A model generated the notes under the pieces. It was given only the letters and a program-made list of their open reading frames with translations, ran no database searches and had not been told where the DNA came from. Positions 45,026-54,336 of a stretch of 64,000 nt of DNA are shown one piece after another. The stretch spans positions 928,001-992,000 of the forward strand of contig OZ241322.1 in the NCBI GenBank assembly GCA_965199715.1. The letters run 5' to 3'. The DNA is from Vicinamibacteria bacterium. Lineage in GTDB: Bacteria > Acidobacteriota > Vicinamibacteria > Marinacidobacterales > Marinacidobacteraceae. Both the position numbers and the translations under genes were made by a program. Each line of letters opens with the position of its first letter. The stretch's first letter is position 1.

Positions 45026-45071
45026 ATGGCCGAACCCGTGAGCGAGACGAGTTTTCGCCGCCCGGGGCGGC

Positions 45072-45087
45072 AATTGCGGAAAACTTT
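45072..45087 (-). promoter_or_regulatory. Shared upstream motif copy 2 (AAAGTTTTCCGCAATT)
   Basis: 15/16 identical to 15264..15279. Confidence 0.5.
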
Positions 45088-45101
45088 TTTTGCGGGCGGG
45101 G

Positions 45102-45644
45102 TCAGCCGGCGGATTTCGCCGGGGACCCGCGGCGGATGCCGATGACCCTCCCCCGCTCCTTCGGGTCCGGCAGGTCGCGGACACGGCGGGCGACTTCCCG
45201 TAGCAGATCCTGGAACGGCCGCGGCATCGCCGCCGCCCGCCGGGTGCGCATGTCCACGTGGATTCCGATGTGCTCGCAAGTCGCGGCGAGCGTCGGCTCT
45301 CCATCCGGTTCGGCGGGTTCCGCGTAGAGTCGGAGGAAGGCGTGCATCAGCCGCTCGTCGTGGTCGAGAAGCTGGTGGGTGACGAAGAACGGGCGGCCCG
45401 GATGCAGCTCGCGCTGGTAGGTCACGTGATCCTCGAGCGCGAAGGTGGACCCGTGCTCGTTGTCGTTGTCCCACAGGCCGATCGCCCGCAGCATCGCCTG
45501 GGTGGCCTGGTCGAACGCCTTGCGGTAGTACACGACGTTCATGTGCCCGTTCAGGTCCGTCCAGTCGGACGCGACGACGCCCCGGTAGATGCGAAAGCCC
45601 CGCTTCGGATCGAGGACGAGCTCGGGAGGCCAGCGAAACGGCAT
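45102..45644 (-). CDS. Thioesterase (hotdog-fold) family protein
   Basis: WTDLNGHMNVVYY, FALEDHVTYQREL, HVDMRTRRA. Confidence 0.88.
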   Translation of the reverse strand: MPFRWPPELVLDPKRGFRIYRGVVASDWTDLNGHMNVVYYRKAFDQATQAMLRAIGLWDNDNEHGSTFALEDHVTYQRELHPGRPFFVTHQLLDHDERLMHAFLRLYAEPAEPDGEPTLAATCEHIGIHVDMRTRRAAAMPRPFQDLLREVARRVRDLPDPKERGRVIGIRRGSPAKSAG

Positions 45645-45678
45645 GGACGGAAGGCTAGCCGCCGGTAGGCTTCGCTTC

Positions 45679-47787
45679 GTGCGACGACTCCGGCTGTTTC
45701 CGATTCTGGCGCTCCTCGGCGGGTGCGGCCCCGACTGGCCCGAGCCGCCGCGGACCCGCGTCGAGGTCGTGACCGACTCGATCCACGGGGAGCGGATCGA
45801 GGATCCGTACCGCTGGCTCGAGGAACAGGACAGCCCGGAGACGCGGGCGTGGATCGACGCCCAGAACGCCTACGCGGAGCGCGTCGCGGCGGAGCCGGAG
45901 CTGCGGGCGCGGCTCGAGGCCCGGTTCGCCGAGCTCATGGACGTGCCCCAGGTCTCCGCTCCGAGGCGGGCCGGCGAACACGAGGTCTTCACGCTGCGGC
46001 GGCCGGGGGAGCTCCAGGCGAAGATCTACCGGCGCCCCCGGGGCGAGACGGGCGACCGGCCTGACGCCGACGCGGACCACGAGCTCCTGCTGGATCCGGC
46101 GGCGCTCGGGTTCGACGAGTACGCGAGCCTCGACGTCGTGGACGTCTCGCCCGACGGGTCGCTCCTGCTCTACCGGATCCGCGACGGCGGGCTCGACGAG
46201 ATCTCCGTGCGCCTGTTCGATCTCGAGACGCTCGAGGAGCGGCCCGACCGGCTGCCCGAAGCGCTCTACGGAACGATCGCCTTCGACCGCGCCGGCGAGG
46301 GCTTCTTCTACGTGCATCGGTCGCGCGTCGAAGGTCCCCGCGCCCGCTACCACCGGATCGGCGCGCCGCCCGAGGAGGACGAGCTTCTCCACGGCGAGGG
46401 GCTCGGCCCCGAGACGTTCCTGCGCGTGGAGGAGATCGAGGACGGGGCGCTGCTCCTGCTGAACGTCCAGTACGGCTGGATGCGGAACGAGATCCACGTG
46501 ATGGACCGGAGCGCGGGGGAGGCGCATCCGGTGTTCGAGGGAGAGCGGGCGCACGCGACCGCTCGCCACGAGGACGGCCGGTTGCTGCTCACGACGAACC
46601 TCGACGCGCCGCGGTACCGGGTGCTGGAGATTCCGGTCGCGGGCGTCGCCCCGTCGCGCTGGTCCGACCGGTCGCGCTGGCGGGAGTGGATTCCGGAGCA
46701 GGAGCACCTCCTGCGCGGGTTCACGACCATCGGGGACCGGACCTTCGTGAACCTGCTCGCCGACGTGAGTTCGCGCATCCTCGTCTTCGAGGGCGCCGAG
46801 GCCCCGCTGGTTCCGACGGACGAAGTTCCGCTGCCGCCCTTTCATGCGGCGTCGGTGAGCCGGCTCGGCGAGGACGGGGCGACGCTCACGCTGGCCTCGT
46901 TCACGGTCCCCGAGACCCGATACCGGCTGGATCCGGAAACGCTCGAACGCGAGCGCATGGAGCCGCCGCGCCCCGACTACGACGGCGCGGACGTCCTCGT
47001 GGAGCAGGTCTGGTACGCGTCGAAGGACGGAACCCGCGCCCCGATGTACGTGATGCGGCCGAAGGACGCGCCGCTCGACGGCGACCTTCCCCTTCTTCTC
47101 CACGGCTACGGGGGCTTCAACGTGAGCCTCGCGCCCTCGTTCCGGGCGCAGGCCGCCGTCTGGGTGGAGGCGGGCGGCGTCTTCGCGGTCGCGACGCTGC
47201 GCGGCGGCGGCGAATTCGGGGAGGACTGGCACCGCGCCGGGATGCTCGAGAACAAGCAGAACGTCTTCGACGACTTCATCGCGTCCGCCGAGTGGCTCGT
47301 CGAGAACGGCTACACGAACCCGGACCGCCTCGCGATCATGGGCGGGAGCAACGGCGGCCTGCTGGTCGCGAGCGCGTTCACCCAGCGGCCGGAGCTGTTC
47401 CGCGCCGTGTTCTGCGGCTTCCCCGACCTGGACATGGTCCGCTTCCACGAGTTCGTCGAGACGAACAACATGCCGGCGCTGCTCGAGTACGGCAACGCCG
47501 CGCTCCCCGAGCAGTTCGCCTTTCTCCGGCGGTACTCGCCGTACCAGGCGGTGCGCGACGGAACGCCGTATCCGGCGGTGATGTTCACCCAGGGCGACCT
47601 CGACACGCGGGTGCCGCCGCTCCAGGCGCGGAAGATGGCGGCGCGGGTGCAGGCGGCGACCTCGTCCGGGCTGCCGGTCATCCTCCGGTATTCGGAGCGC
47701 GCCGGGCACGCCGGGGGCCGCAGCCGCATCCCCGACCGGGCCATGGAGACCGCGTTCCTGATGCGGCAGGTCGGCCTCGTCGAATGA
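45679..47787 (+). CDS. Prolyl oligopeptidase (S9A)
   Basis: [35 protein letters not shown] catalytic triad. Confidence 0.96.
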   Translation: MRRLRLFPILALLGGCGPDWPEPPRTRVEVVTDSIHGERIEDPYRWLEEQDSPETRAWIDAQNAYAERVAAEPELRARLEARFAELMDVPQVSAPRRAGEHEVFTLRRPGELQAKIYRRPRGETGDRPDADADHELLLDPAALGFDEYASLDVVDVSPDGSLLLYRIRDGGLDEISVRLFDLETLEERPDRLPEALYGTIAFDRAGEGFFYVHRSRVEGPRARYHRIGAPPEEDELLHGEGLGPETFLRVEEIEDGALLLLNVQYGWMRNEIHVMDRSAGEAHPVFEGERAHATARHEDGRLLLTTNLDAPRYRVLEIPVAGVAPSRWSDRSRWREWIPEQEHLLRGFTTIGDRTFVNLLADVSSRILVFEGAEAPLVPTDEVPLPPFHAASVSRLGEDGATLTLASFTVPETRYRLDPETLERERMEPPRPDYDGADVLVEQVWYASKDGTRAPMYVMRPKDAPLDGDLPLLLHGYGGFNVSLAPSFRAQAAVWVEAGGVFAVATLRGGGEFGEDWHRAGMLENKQNVFDDFIASAEWLVENGYTNPDRLAIMGGSNGGLLVASAFTQRPELFRAVFCGFPDLDMVRFHEFVETNNMPALLEYGNAALPEQFAFLRRYSPYQAVRDGTPYPAVMFTQGDLDTRVPPLQARKMAARVQAATSSGLPVILRYSERAGHAGGRSRIPDRAMETAFLMRQVGLVE

Positions 47788-49424
47788 GGGCGGCGCTCCT
47801 CGGCGTCCTCGCGCTGGGCTGCGGCGCGGCCCCGGACGCGGACCTGATCGTCCACGGCGGAACGATCCTGACCGTGGATCCGGAATTCCGGGTCGTTTCG
47901 GCCATGGCGATCAAGGACGGAAGGATCGCGGCGCTCGGTTCGGACCGGGAGATGCTGCGGCTCGCCGGGCCGGACTCCGAGCGCATCGACCTCGCCGGGC
48001 GAACGGTCGCGCCGGGGTTCGCCGACAACCACCTGCATTCCGCGGGCGGCGGCGACGGCGTGGACCTTTCGCGGGCGCGGACGATCGACGAGGCGCTCGC
48101 GGCCATCCGGGAGCGCGCCCTTTCCGTCGGTCCGGGCGAGCTGGTGCTCACGAATTCGGACTGGCACGAGGGCCAACTGCGCGAGCGGCGCCTCCCGCTG
48201 CGGCGCGACCTCGACGCGGCGGCGCCCGACAACCCGGTCGTCGTGGTGCGGGGCGGACACGAGTACATCCTGAACTCGGCGGCGCTCGAGCGCTGGGACG
48301 TCACGACGGACACGCCGGTTCCCGAGGGGGGCCGCATCACCCGCTACCCCGACGGGGAGCTCAACGGCGAGCTCGTGGACGCCGCGAAGCGGCTGGTCGC
48401 GCTCCCCGAGCTTCCGCCGCGGGACCTCGAGGAGCGGATCCGCGACCGGGCGGAGCAGTACCGGAAGCTTCATGCGGTCGGGCTCACGAGCGTCCGGCAT
48501 CCGGGCGGGTCGCTCGAGGAGTACCGGATGCTCGAGGAGATGCGGCGGCGGGGCCTGCTGCGAATGCGCGTGAACTTCCTGTTCCGGATGCGCGCCCGAA
48601 GCGCGAAGGAGGCGCGGGCCGCGCTCGCCTCGTGGGGCGTCGCGCCGGACGAGGGCGACCGGTGGCTGCGCGTCGGCGGGATCAAGCTGGGCGTGGACGG
48701 CGGCTTCGAGGGGGGCCTGATGCGCGAGCCGTACGCCGAACCGTGGGGAAGGAACGGGACCTTCCACGGGCTGCGGACCATGCCCGAGGACGAGTTCGCG
48801 GAAGTCGTCACCGCGCTCGCCGCCGAGGGGTGGCGGGTCGCGACCCACGCCGTCGGCGATCTGGCGCTCGATCAGGTGCTCGACGGGTACGCGACCGCGA
48901 ACCGGAAGACGCCGCTCGCCGGGAAGCGCTGGAGCGTGGAGCACGGGTTCATCGTCGCCCCGGACCAGTTCGCGAGGCTGCGGGAGCTCGACCTCGCGGT
49001 CGCCGGACAGCACCATCTCTACCTGGCGGCGCCGAGCCTCGAGCGCTACTGGGGCCGGGAGCGGGCGGAACGGGTGACGCCGATGCGCTCGTTCCTCGAC
49101 GAGGGGATTCCGGTCTCGGCGGGCAGCGACGCGCCGGTGGTCCCCTACCCGCCGCTGTGGGCGCTCCACCACTTCGTCACGCGCGAGACGATCAGCGGCG
49201 GCGCGTTCGGCGCGGACCAGCGGGTGACTCCCGAAGAGGGGCTGCGGTTGTTCACGATCGACAACGCGTGGCTCACGTTCGAGGAAGCGAGCAAGGGATC
49301 GCTGGAGGTGGGCAAGCTCGCCGACTTCGTGGTGCTCTCGGGCGATCCGCGCACGGTCCCCGCCGACGGGATCGCGGTCGAGCGGACCGTGGTCGAGGGG
49401 GAGACGGTCTTCCCGGTCCGCTGA
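47784..49424 (+). CDS. Amidohydrolase 3 (YtcJ-like) lipoprotein
   Basis: PGFADNHLH, KLGVDG, HAVGD, VEHG, GSDAP, KGSLEVGKLADFVVL. Confidence 0.93.
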   Translation: MRAALLGVLALGCGAAPDADLIVHGGTILTVDPEFRVVSAMAIKDGRIAALGSDREMLRLAGPDSERIDLAGRTVAPGFADNHLHSAGGGDGVDLSRARTIDEALAAIRERALSVGPGELVLTNSDWHEGQLRERRLPLRRDLDAAAPDNPVVVVRGGHEYILNSAALERWDVTTDTPVPEGGRITRYPDGELNGELVDAAKRLVALPELPPRDLEERIRDRAEQYRKLHAVGLTSVRHPGGSLEEYRMLEEMRRRGLLRMRVNFLFRMRARSAKEARAALASWGVAPDEGDRWLRVGGIKLGVDGGFEGGLMREPYAEPWGRNGTFHGLRTMPEDEFAEVVTALAAEGWRVATHAVGDLALDQVLDGYATANRKTPLAGKRWSVEHGFIVAPDQFARLRELDLAVAGQHHLYLAAPSLERYWGRERAERVTPMRSFLDEGIPVSAGSDAPVVPYPPLWALHHFVTRETISGGAFGADQRVTPEEGLRLFTIDNAWLTFEEASKGSLEVGKLADFVVLSGDPRTVPADGIAVERTVVEGETVFPVR

Positions 49425-49429
49425 GGCCG

Positions 49430-49815
49430 GCGATTCGTCGGGCGCGAAGGGAAGGCCGCGGACCAGGTCCTCGCCGTACTGGACGTAGTGGAGAAAGGCC
49501 ATCTCCGCCTCGCGGTCGGTGGGGGGCCGGCACTCGATCACGACGGCGCGGATCCGCTGCATCGAGATCGCGTGGGCGCCGTCGCCGATGGGCTCGCGGT
49601 CCCACGACGTCCGTGGCCAGCTCCAGCGGGAAGCGGGACTACGTCGCGAGCCCGACCCGGGCGCGCCGCCATTCCTCCTCGCAGTCGCCGGAGCAGATGA
49701 CCTCGTAGCCGAGTTTCGCGGCCGGGGCGAGCGCCAGCACGACGTCCTGCCCAGGAGGTGGCGCACCCGAGCGGGAGGAGCAGCGCCGCGGCGGCGAGGC
49801 CGAGCGATCTTGAAG
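49430..49815 (-). pseudogene. Degraded lipoprotein gene
   Basis: Fragments LGLAAAALLLPLGCATS (lipobox), YEVICSGDCEEEWRRARVGLAT* and EAEMAFLHYVQYGEDLV are separated by frameshifts and a stop. Confidence 0.45.
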
Positions 49816-49843
49816 ACCGGGTGGTTTCCTCCCCGGGATGCGG

Positions 49844-51451
49844 TTATCCGAGCGTCTCCTCGAAGCCGGGAGCCCGGCGATGCCGCGTCGCCTGTTCGAA
49901 TGCGTAGGCGATGCGGAGGAGCACGGGTTCGCTCCACGCCCGCCCGAAGAACGAGATTCCGACCGGCAGGCCGGAGACGAACCCCATCGGCACGCTGACG
50001 TCGGGGTAGCCCGCGATGGCCGCCGGGCCGGCGCTGCTGCCGCCGTCCAGCCGGTCGCCCTTGATGTGGTCCGTGACCCACGGCAAGTCGCGGGTGGGCG
50101 CGACGACGGCGTCCAGCCCGTGCTCGTCCATGAGCGCGTCGACGCCGTCCTCGCGATTGCCGCGCTGAATCGCGCGCAGCGCGTCCTGGTACGCCTGGTC
50201 GGTGAGCGGGCCGCGCGCCTCGGACGCGATCATGCGCTCCTGGCCGAAGTGCGGCATCTCGACGTCCGCGTTGCGTTCGTTGAACTCGATGACGTCGGCG
50301 AGCGTGCGGACCGGCGCGTCGGGGCCGAGGGTCGCGAGGTACGCGTTCAGGTCCGCCTTGAACTCGTACTCGAGGACGAGCAGCGGCAGCTCGTCGTTCC
50401 ACGCGGCCTGGGCGAGGTTCGCCGGATCGATCACTTCCGCGCCCTCGTCGCGCATCGCCTGGACGGCGTCCTCGAGGAGCGCGGTGACCCGGGGGTCGAA
50501 GCCGGTGAAGCTGCGCGCCACGCCGATCCGGGCGCCCCGGAGGCCCGCCGGGTCGAGGAATCCGGCGTAGTCGGCGTGGAAGTTCCCCTCGGAGCGCGAG
50601 GTGGCCTCGTCGCGCGGATCGACCCCCACCGCGGCGCCGAGCAGGAGCGCGGCGTCCTCGACCGTGCGGGTCATGGGGCCGGCGGTGTCCTGCGAGTGGG
50701 AGATCGGGATGATCCCGGAGCGGCTCCACAGCCCCACCGTCGGCTTGATCCCGACGACGCCGTTGCTGGAGGAGGGGCACATGATCGAGCCGCCGGTCTC
50801 GGTCCCCACGGTGAGCGCCGCGAGGTTGGCCGACGCGGCGACTCCCGAACCGGAGCTGGATCCGCACGGGTTGCGGTCCAGCGCGTAGGGGTTCCGGCAC
50901 TGCCCGCCCCGGGCGCTCCAGCCGCTCGTGGCGCGCTCGCCCCGGAAGTAGGCCCACTCGCTCATGTTCGCCTTGCCGAGGAGGACCGCGCCGGCCTCGC
51001 GCAGCCGCTCGGCCACGAACGAGTCCCGCGGCGGGATCGAGCCCTCGAGCGCGAGGGATCCGGCGGTGGTGGTCATGCGGTCGTGGGTGTCGAGGTTGTC
51101 CTTGAGCGCGATCGGTACGCCATGGAGCGGGCCGCGGACCGAACCGGCGCGGCGCTCGGCGTCCAGCCCGTCGGCGATCTCGAGCGCGTCCGGGTTGACC
51201 TCGATCATGGACCGCAGCTCCGGGCCCTGCCGGTCGAGGGCCTCGATCCGGCCGACGTAGGCCTCGACGATCGAGCGCGCGGTGCGCTCCCCCGACTCCA
51301 TCATCCGCCGGAGGTCGGCGACCGTGGCCTCGTCGAGCTCGAACGGAGGAATCCCGGCCCGAGGAGCCTCGGCGGCGTTGGGGGAGCAACCGCCGGCGGC
51401 GGTCAGGCCCGCTCCGGCGGCGCTCGTCTTGAGAAAGGCTCGTCGATCCAT
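49844..51451 (-). CDS. Amidase (amidase signature family), Tat-exported
   Basis: MDRRAFLK Tat signal, GPLHGVPIALKD, CGSSSGS, GTETGGSI. Confidence 0.95.
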   Translation of the reverse strand: MDRRAFLKTSAAGAGLTAAGGCSPNAAEAPRAGIPPFELDEATVADLRRMMESGERTARSIVEAYVGRIEALDRQGPELRSMIEVNPDALEIADGLDAERRAGSVRGPLHGVPIALKDNLDTHDRMTTTAGSLALEGSIPPRDSFVAERLREAGAVLLGKANMSEWAYFRGERATSGWSARGGQCRNPYALDRNPCGSSSGSGVAASANLAALTVGTETGGSIMCPSSSNGVVGIKPTVGLWSRSGIIPISHSQDTAGPMTRTVEDAALLLGAAVGVDPRDEATSRSEGNFHADYAGFLDPAGLRGARIGVARSFTGFDPRVTALLEDAVQAMRDEGAEVIDPANLAQAAWNDELPLLVLEYEFKADLNAYLATLGPDAPVRTLADVIEFNERNADVEMPHFGQERMIASEARGPLTDQAYQDALRAIQRGNREDGVDALMDEHGLDAVVAPTRDLPWVTDHIKGDRLDGGSSAGPAAIAGYPDVSVPMGFVSGLPVGISFFGRAWSEPVLLRIAYAFEQATRHRRAPGFEETLG

Positions 51452-51488
51452 GGTCGCCCTCCCGGCGCCCCCAGCATACCGACCCGGA

Positions 51489-52370
51489 TCAGGCCCCCTT
51501 CCCGTCCCAGCCGTCATCCGGTCGGTCGAACCAGACGTGGACCTGGCCGGTCCCGATCGCGTTCTCGTAGTCCGAGTACATCCGCCCCGGGGCGCGGCAG
51601 GCCGCGCCGCCGACCGCGCCGAGCGCCATGAGGAAGTGCCCGAACCGCCCCTCGGGGGCGTGGCGGGCGAAGTCCGGCATGGTCTCGACGATCCGGTCGT
51701 GGCGTCCGGCCCGCATCCACTCGAGCCGCTCCTCGTCGGCGGCGCGCGCCTCGGGAGTGCGCACGTGCGCCGGATCGGAGGCCTCGTGCAAATGCAGCTC
51801 GGAGAGCGGCCAGAAGCGGTGGCTCATCCCGCCCGAGGCGAGGAACACGACCCGGCGGCCGGTCTCGCGGACCGCGTCGCCGAGCGCGGCGCCCATGGCG
51901 AGGAAGTCGTCGGGGTATCCGGTCTGGGCGCAGCTCACCGAGACGACCCGCTCGCCCCGATGCAGATAGTGGACGAGGTTGATCGTCGGGTAGTGGACCG
52001 GCAGGTGGGGGTCGGCCGAGGCGTGGGCCCGCGTCCCCCGGCGGTTCGCGGCGGCGGCGGCGGCTTCGGCCAGCTCGGGATCGCCGGGATAGTCGTAGGC
52101 GACGCCATGCAGCCCGCGGGGCAACTCCTCCGAGGTGTAGATCCCGCGGCGGCGCTCCTGGGCGGCCAGCAAGTGCTCGACGGTGCTGAACCAGTGGGCG
52201 TCGAGGATGACGACGGTCTCGGGCGCGAGCCGGTCGAGGACCTCGGCGCGCAGGCGGCGCAGGCCGGGAACGAGGCTGATCTCCTTGCCCTCGTTGAGGC
52301 CGCGGCGCACCGGCTCGGGGAGCATGATCGTCGGGACGTGCGAGACGAGGCCGAAGCCGGCGACCGGCAT
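51489..52370 (-). CDS. LigB/HpaD-like extradiol ring-cleavage dioxygenase
   Basis: SHVPT, DAHW, HYPT, ASGGMSH, PEG metal-ligand motifs, GTGQVHVWF. Confidence 0.88.
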   Translation of the reverse strand: MPVAGFGLVSHVPTIMLPEPVRRGLNEGKEISLVPGLRRLRAEVLDRLAPETVVILDAHWFSTVEHLLAAQERRRGIYTSEELPRGLHGVAYDYPGDPELAEAAAAAANRRGTRAHASADPHLPVHYPTINLVHYLHRGERVVSVSCAQTGYPDDFLAMGAALGDAVRETGRRVVFLASGGMSHRFWPLSELHLHEASDPAHVRTPEARAADEERLEWMRAGRHDRIVETMPDFARHAPEGRFGHFLMALGAVGGAACRAPGRMYSDYENAIGTGQVHVWFDRPDDGWDGKGA

Positions 52371-53167
52371 CAGGCGCCTCCCTCCGGGTCGAGGGTGCGG
52401 CCCCCGCGGAACGTGAACCCGACGCGCCGGAAGAAGCCGCCGAGCATCTCGACCGGGCGGAGCGCGTCCAGCTCCTCGGTCGGCGAGGGGAACGCCTTCA
52501 GGTCGGCGTCGCCGATCCACGCGGTCTCCGCCTCCACGTCCTCCGAGCGGACCGTCACCAGCTCGCGCAGCGAGTCGGAGCCGTCGGCCTCCACGCTCGG
52601 CATCAGCCGATGGTGGAGCATCGGGTGGGCGTTCACGAAGCCGACGTCCTCCGCGGAGCCGGCGATGGTGAATCGGGCCTCGAGCAGCCGGCGGGAGCCG
52701 GCGGCGAGGGTCGCGCCGAAGCGCCCGCCCGGGGCCAGCCTCGGTCCGGCGCGCCCGATGAGCGCCGGTCGGGTCATCCGGATCTCGCCGAGCTTCTTGG
52801 GATATCCCTGGAAGTGGCCGCGGACGAGCGAGGCGTCGGTGTCCACCCAGATGAAGGCGCAGCGCGACCAGTCGCGCCCCCGATACCGGCAGCGGACCAC
52901 GAGGAGGCACTCCCGGTACTGGGCGCGGATCGGGTCGAGGAGCTCCTCGCCGGACTCGCCGCACGCCTGCCAGTCGGCCCAGATGGCGGCGACGGCGTCC
53001 GGACGGTCGGCGACCGGCTCGAGCGGCGGCGGGAGAAGCGCCGCCACCGAGCCCTCGGGCGCGAGGTACTCGATCGTGAGCATCTCGCCCGAGTAGTGCC
53101 ACGGCGGCGCGGCGAGCAGCGAGGCGCGCCCGGCGGCGGTCCGGGGAAACAGGAATCCGGCGCTCAT
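52370..53167 (-). CDS. Acetoacetate decarboxylase-family protein
   Basis: PPWHYSG, QYRE, FIWVD, RGHFQGYPKKLG (Schiff-base Lys motif). Confidence 0.88.
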   Translation of the reverse strand: MSAGFLFPRTAAGRASLLAAPPWHYSGEMLTIEYLAPEGSVAALLPPPLEPVADRPDAVAAIWADWQACGESGEELLDPIRAQYRECLLVVRCRYRGRDWSRCAFIWVDTDASLVRGHFQGYPKKLGEIRMTRPALIGRAGPRLAPGGRFGATLAAGSRRLLEARFTIAGSAEDVGFVNAHPMLHHRLMPSVEADGSDSLRELVTVRSEDVEAETAWIGDADLKAFPSPTEELDALRPVEMLGGFFRRVGFTFRGGRTLDPEGGA

Positions 53168-54336
53168 CAGGCGTTCCACCGCACCCGGACGCTCTTCGGC
53201 CCCCGGAACTCGAAGCCGCGCAGCTCGACCGGCTCGTCCGGATCCAGCCGGAGGCCGGGCAGGTTCGCGAAGAGCCGCTCGGTTCCGACGCGGATCACCT
53301 GGCGGCCCAGCCATTCGCCGACGCAGCGATGCGCGCCGAGCGCGAAGGCCGCGTTCCCGCCCTCGGCCCGCGCCGGATCGATCCGCTCCGGATTCCGGAA
53401 GCGGGCGGGATCGAGGTTCGCCGCCCGAAGGATTCCCGAGACCAGCGCGCCCGGCGGCAGCCGCTCGCCGCCCAGCTCGGTCTCGCGGGTCGTCGCGCGG
53501 GTGATCGTCCCGACCGGGGAGTACCGCCGGAGCACCTCGTCCACGAGCCGGCGCATGGCCGGGGCGCCGCCGAGGGCGTCGTCCCGCAGCCGGTCGTCCG
53601 CGAGCATGGTCCAGGCCACGAGGCCGATCCCGTCCCGGGGTTCGTTGATCCCCCCGGAGATCATGAGCCGCACGTCGTTCACGATCTCGGCGGGCGCGAG
53701 GCCCTCGTCCGCCTCGAGGAAGTGGAGCAGGCCGGCGGTCTCCGGGCGCGACCGGAGCTCGTCCAGCCGGGCGAGGACGGCGCGCTCGACCGCGTCCGCA
53801 GCCTCGCGTCCGACGGCGAAGGCTTCGGGGTCGCCCCCGAAGTTGGCGACGCCGGCGCACCGGCCCTCGCACCAGTCCCAGACTTGGCGGAAGTCGTGCG
53901 CGTCGAGGCCGAGCACGGTCGCGAGCGACCCGGCGCTCAGGAGCGCGGCGTACCCGGCGACGAGGTCCGCCTCGCCGTCGTCGCGCATGTCGGCGATGAG
54001 CGCGTCGCACATCCGGGGAAGCTCCCGCTCGACGAACGTTCCGCTGCGGCCCGCCCGCAGGAAGGGCGGCTTCATCGCCCGCTGGAGCCGGGAGCACGCC
54101 GGCGGATCGAGGGTGAGCATGTTCTCGCCCAGGGTGCGCGCGAGGAAGCTCGGCTCGGTGCGGGCGCTGAAGACCTCGGGGCGGTCCTCCATCGTCCGGA
54201 CGTCGTCCCAGCGGGTCACGAACCACATGTCGAGCGCGGGCACGAACTCCGCCGGAGCCTCCTCGCGCAGCCGGGCGAGGAGGGGGTCCGGGTCGCGGTC
54301 GAGGGCTTCCGGCGTGACGGATTCGGCGAAGGTCAC
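53167..54336 (-). CDS. Cytochrome P450 with atypical I-helix (GGINEP)
   Basis: EVLR (ExxR), AANLDP, FALGAHRCVG heme motif, FRGP C-terminus. Confidence 0.95.
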   Translation of the reverse strand: MTFAESVTPEALDRDPDPLLARLREEAPAEFVPALDMWFVTRWDDVRTMEDRPEVFSARTEPSFLARTLGENMLTLDPPACSRLQRAMKPPFLRAGRSGTFVERELPRMCDALIADMRDDGEADLVAGYAALLSAGSLATVLGLDAHDFRQVWDWCEGRCAGVANFGGDPEAFAVGREAADAVERAVLARLDELRSRPETAGLLHFLEADEGLAPAEIVNDVRLMISGGINEPRDGIGLVAWTMLADDRLRDDALGGAPAMRRLVDEVLRRYSPVGTITRATTRETELGGERLPPGALVSGILRAANLDPARFRNPERIDPARAEGGNAAFALGAHRCVGEWLGRQVIRVGTERLFANLPGLRLDPDEPVELRGFEFRGPKSVRVRWNA

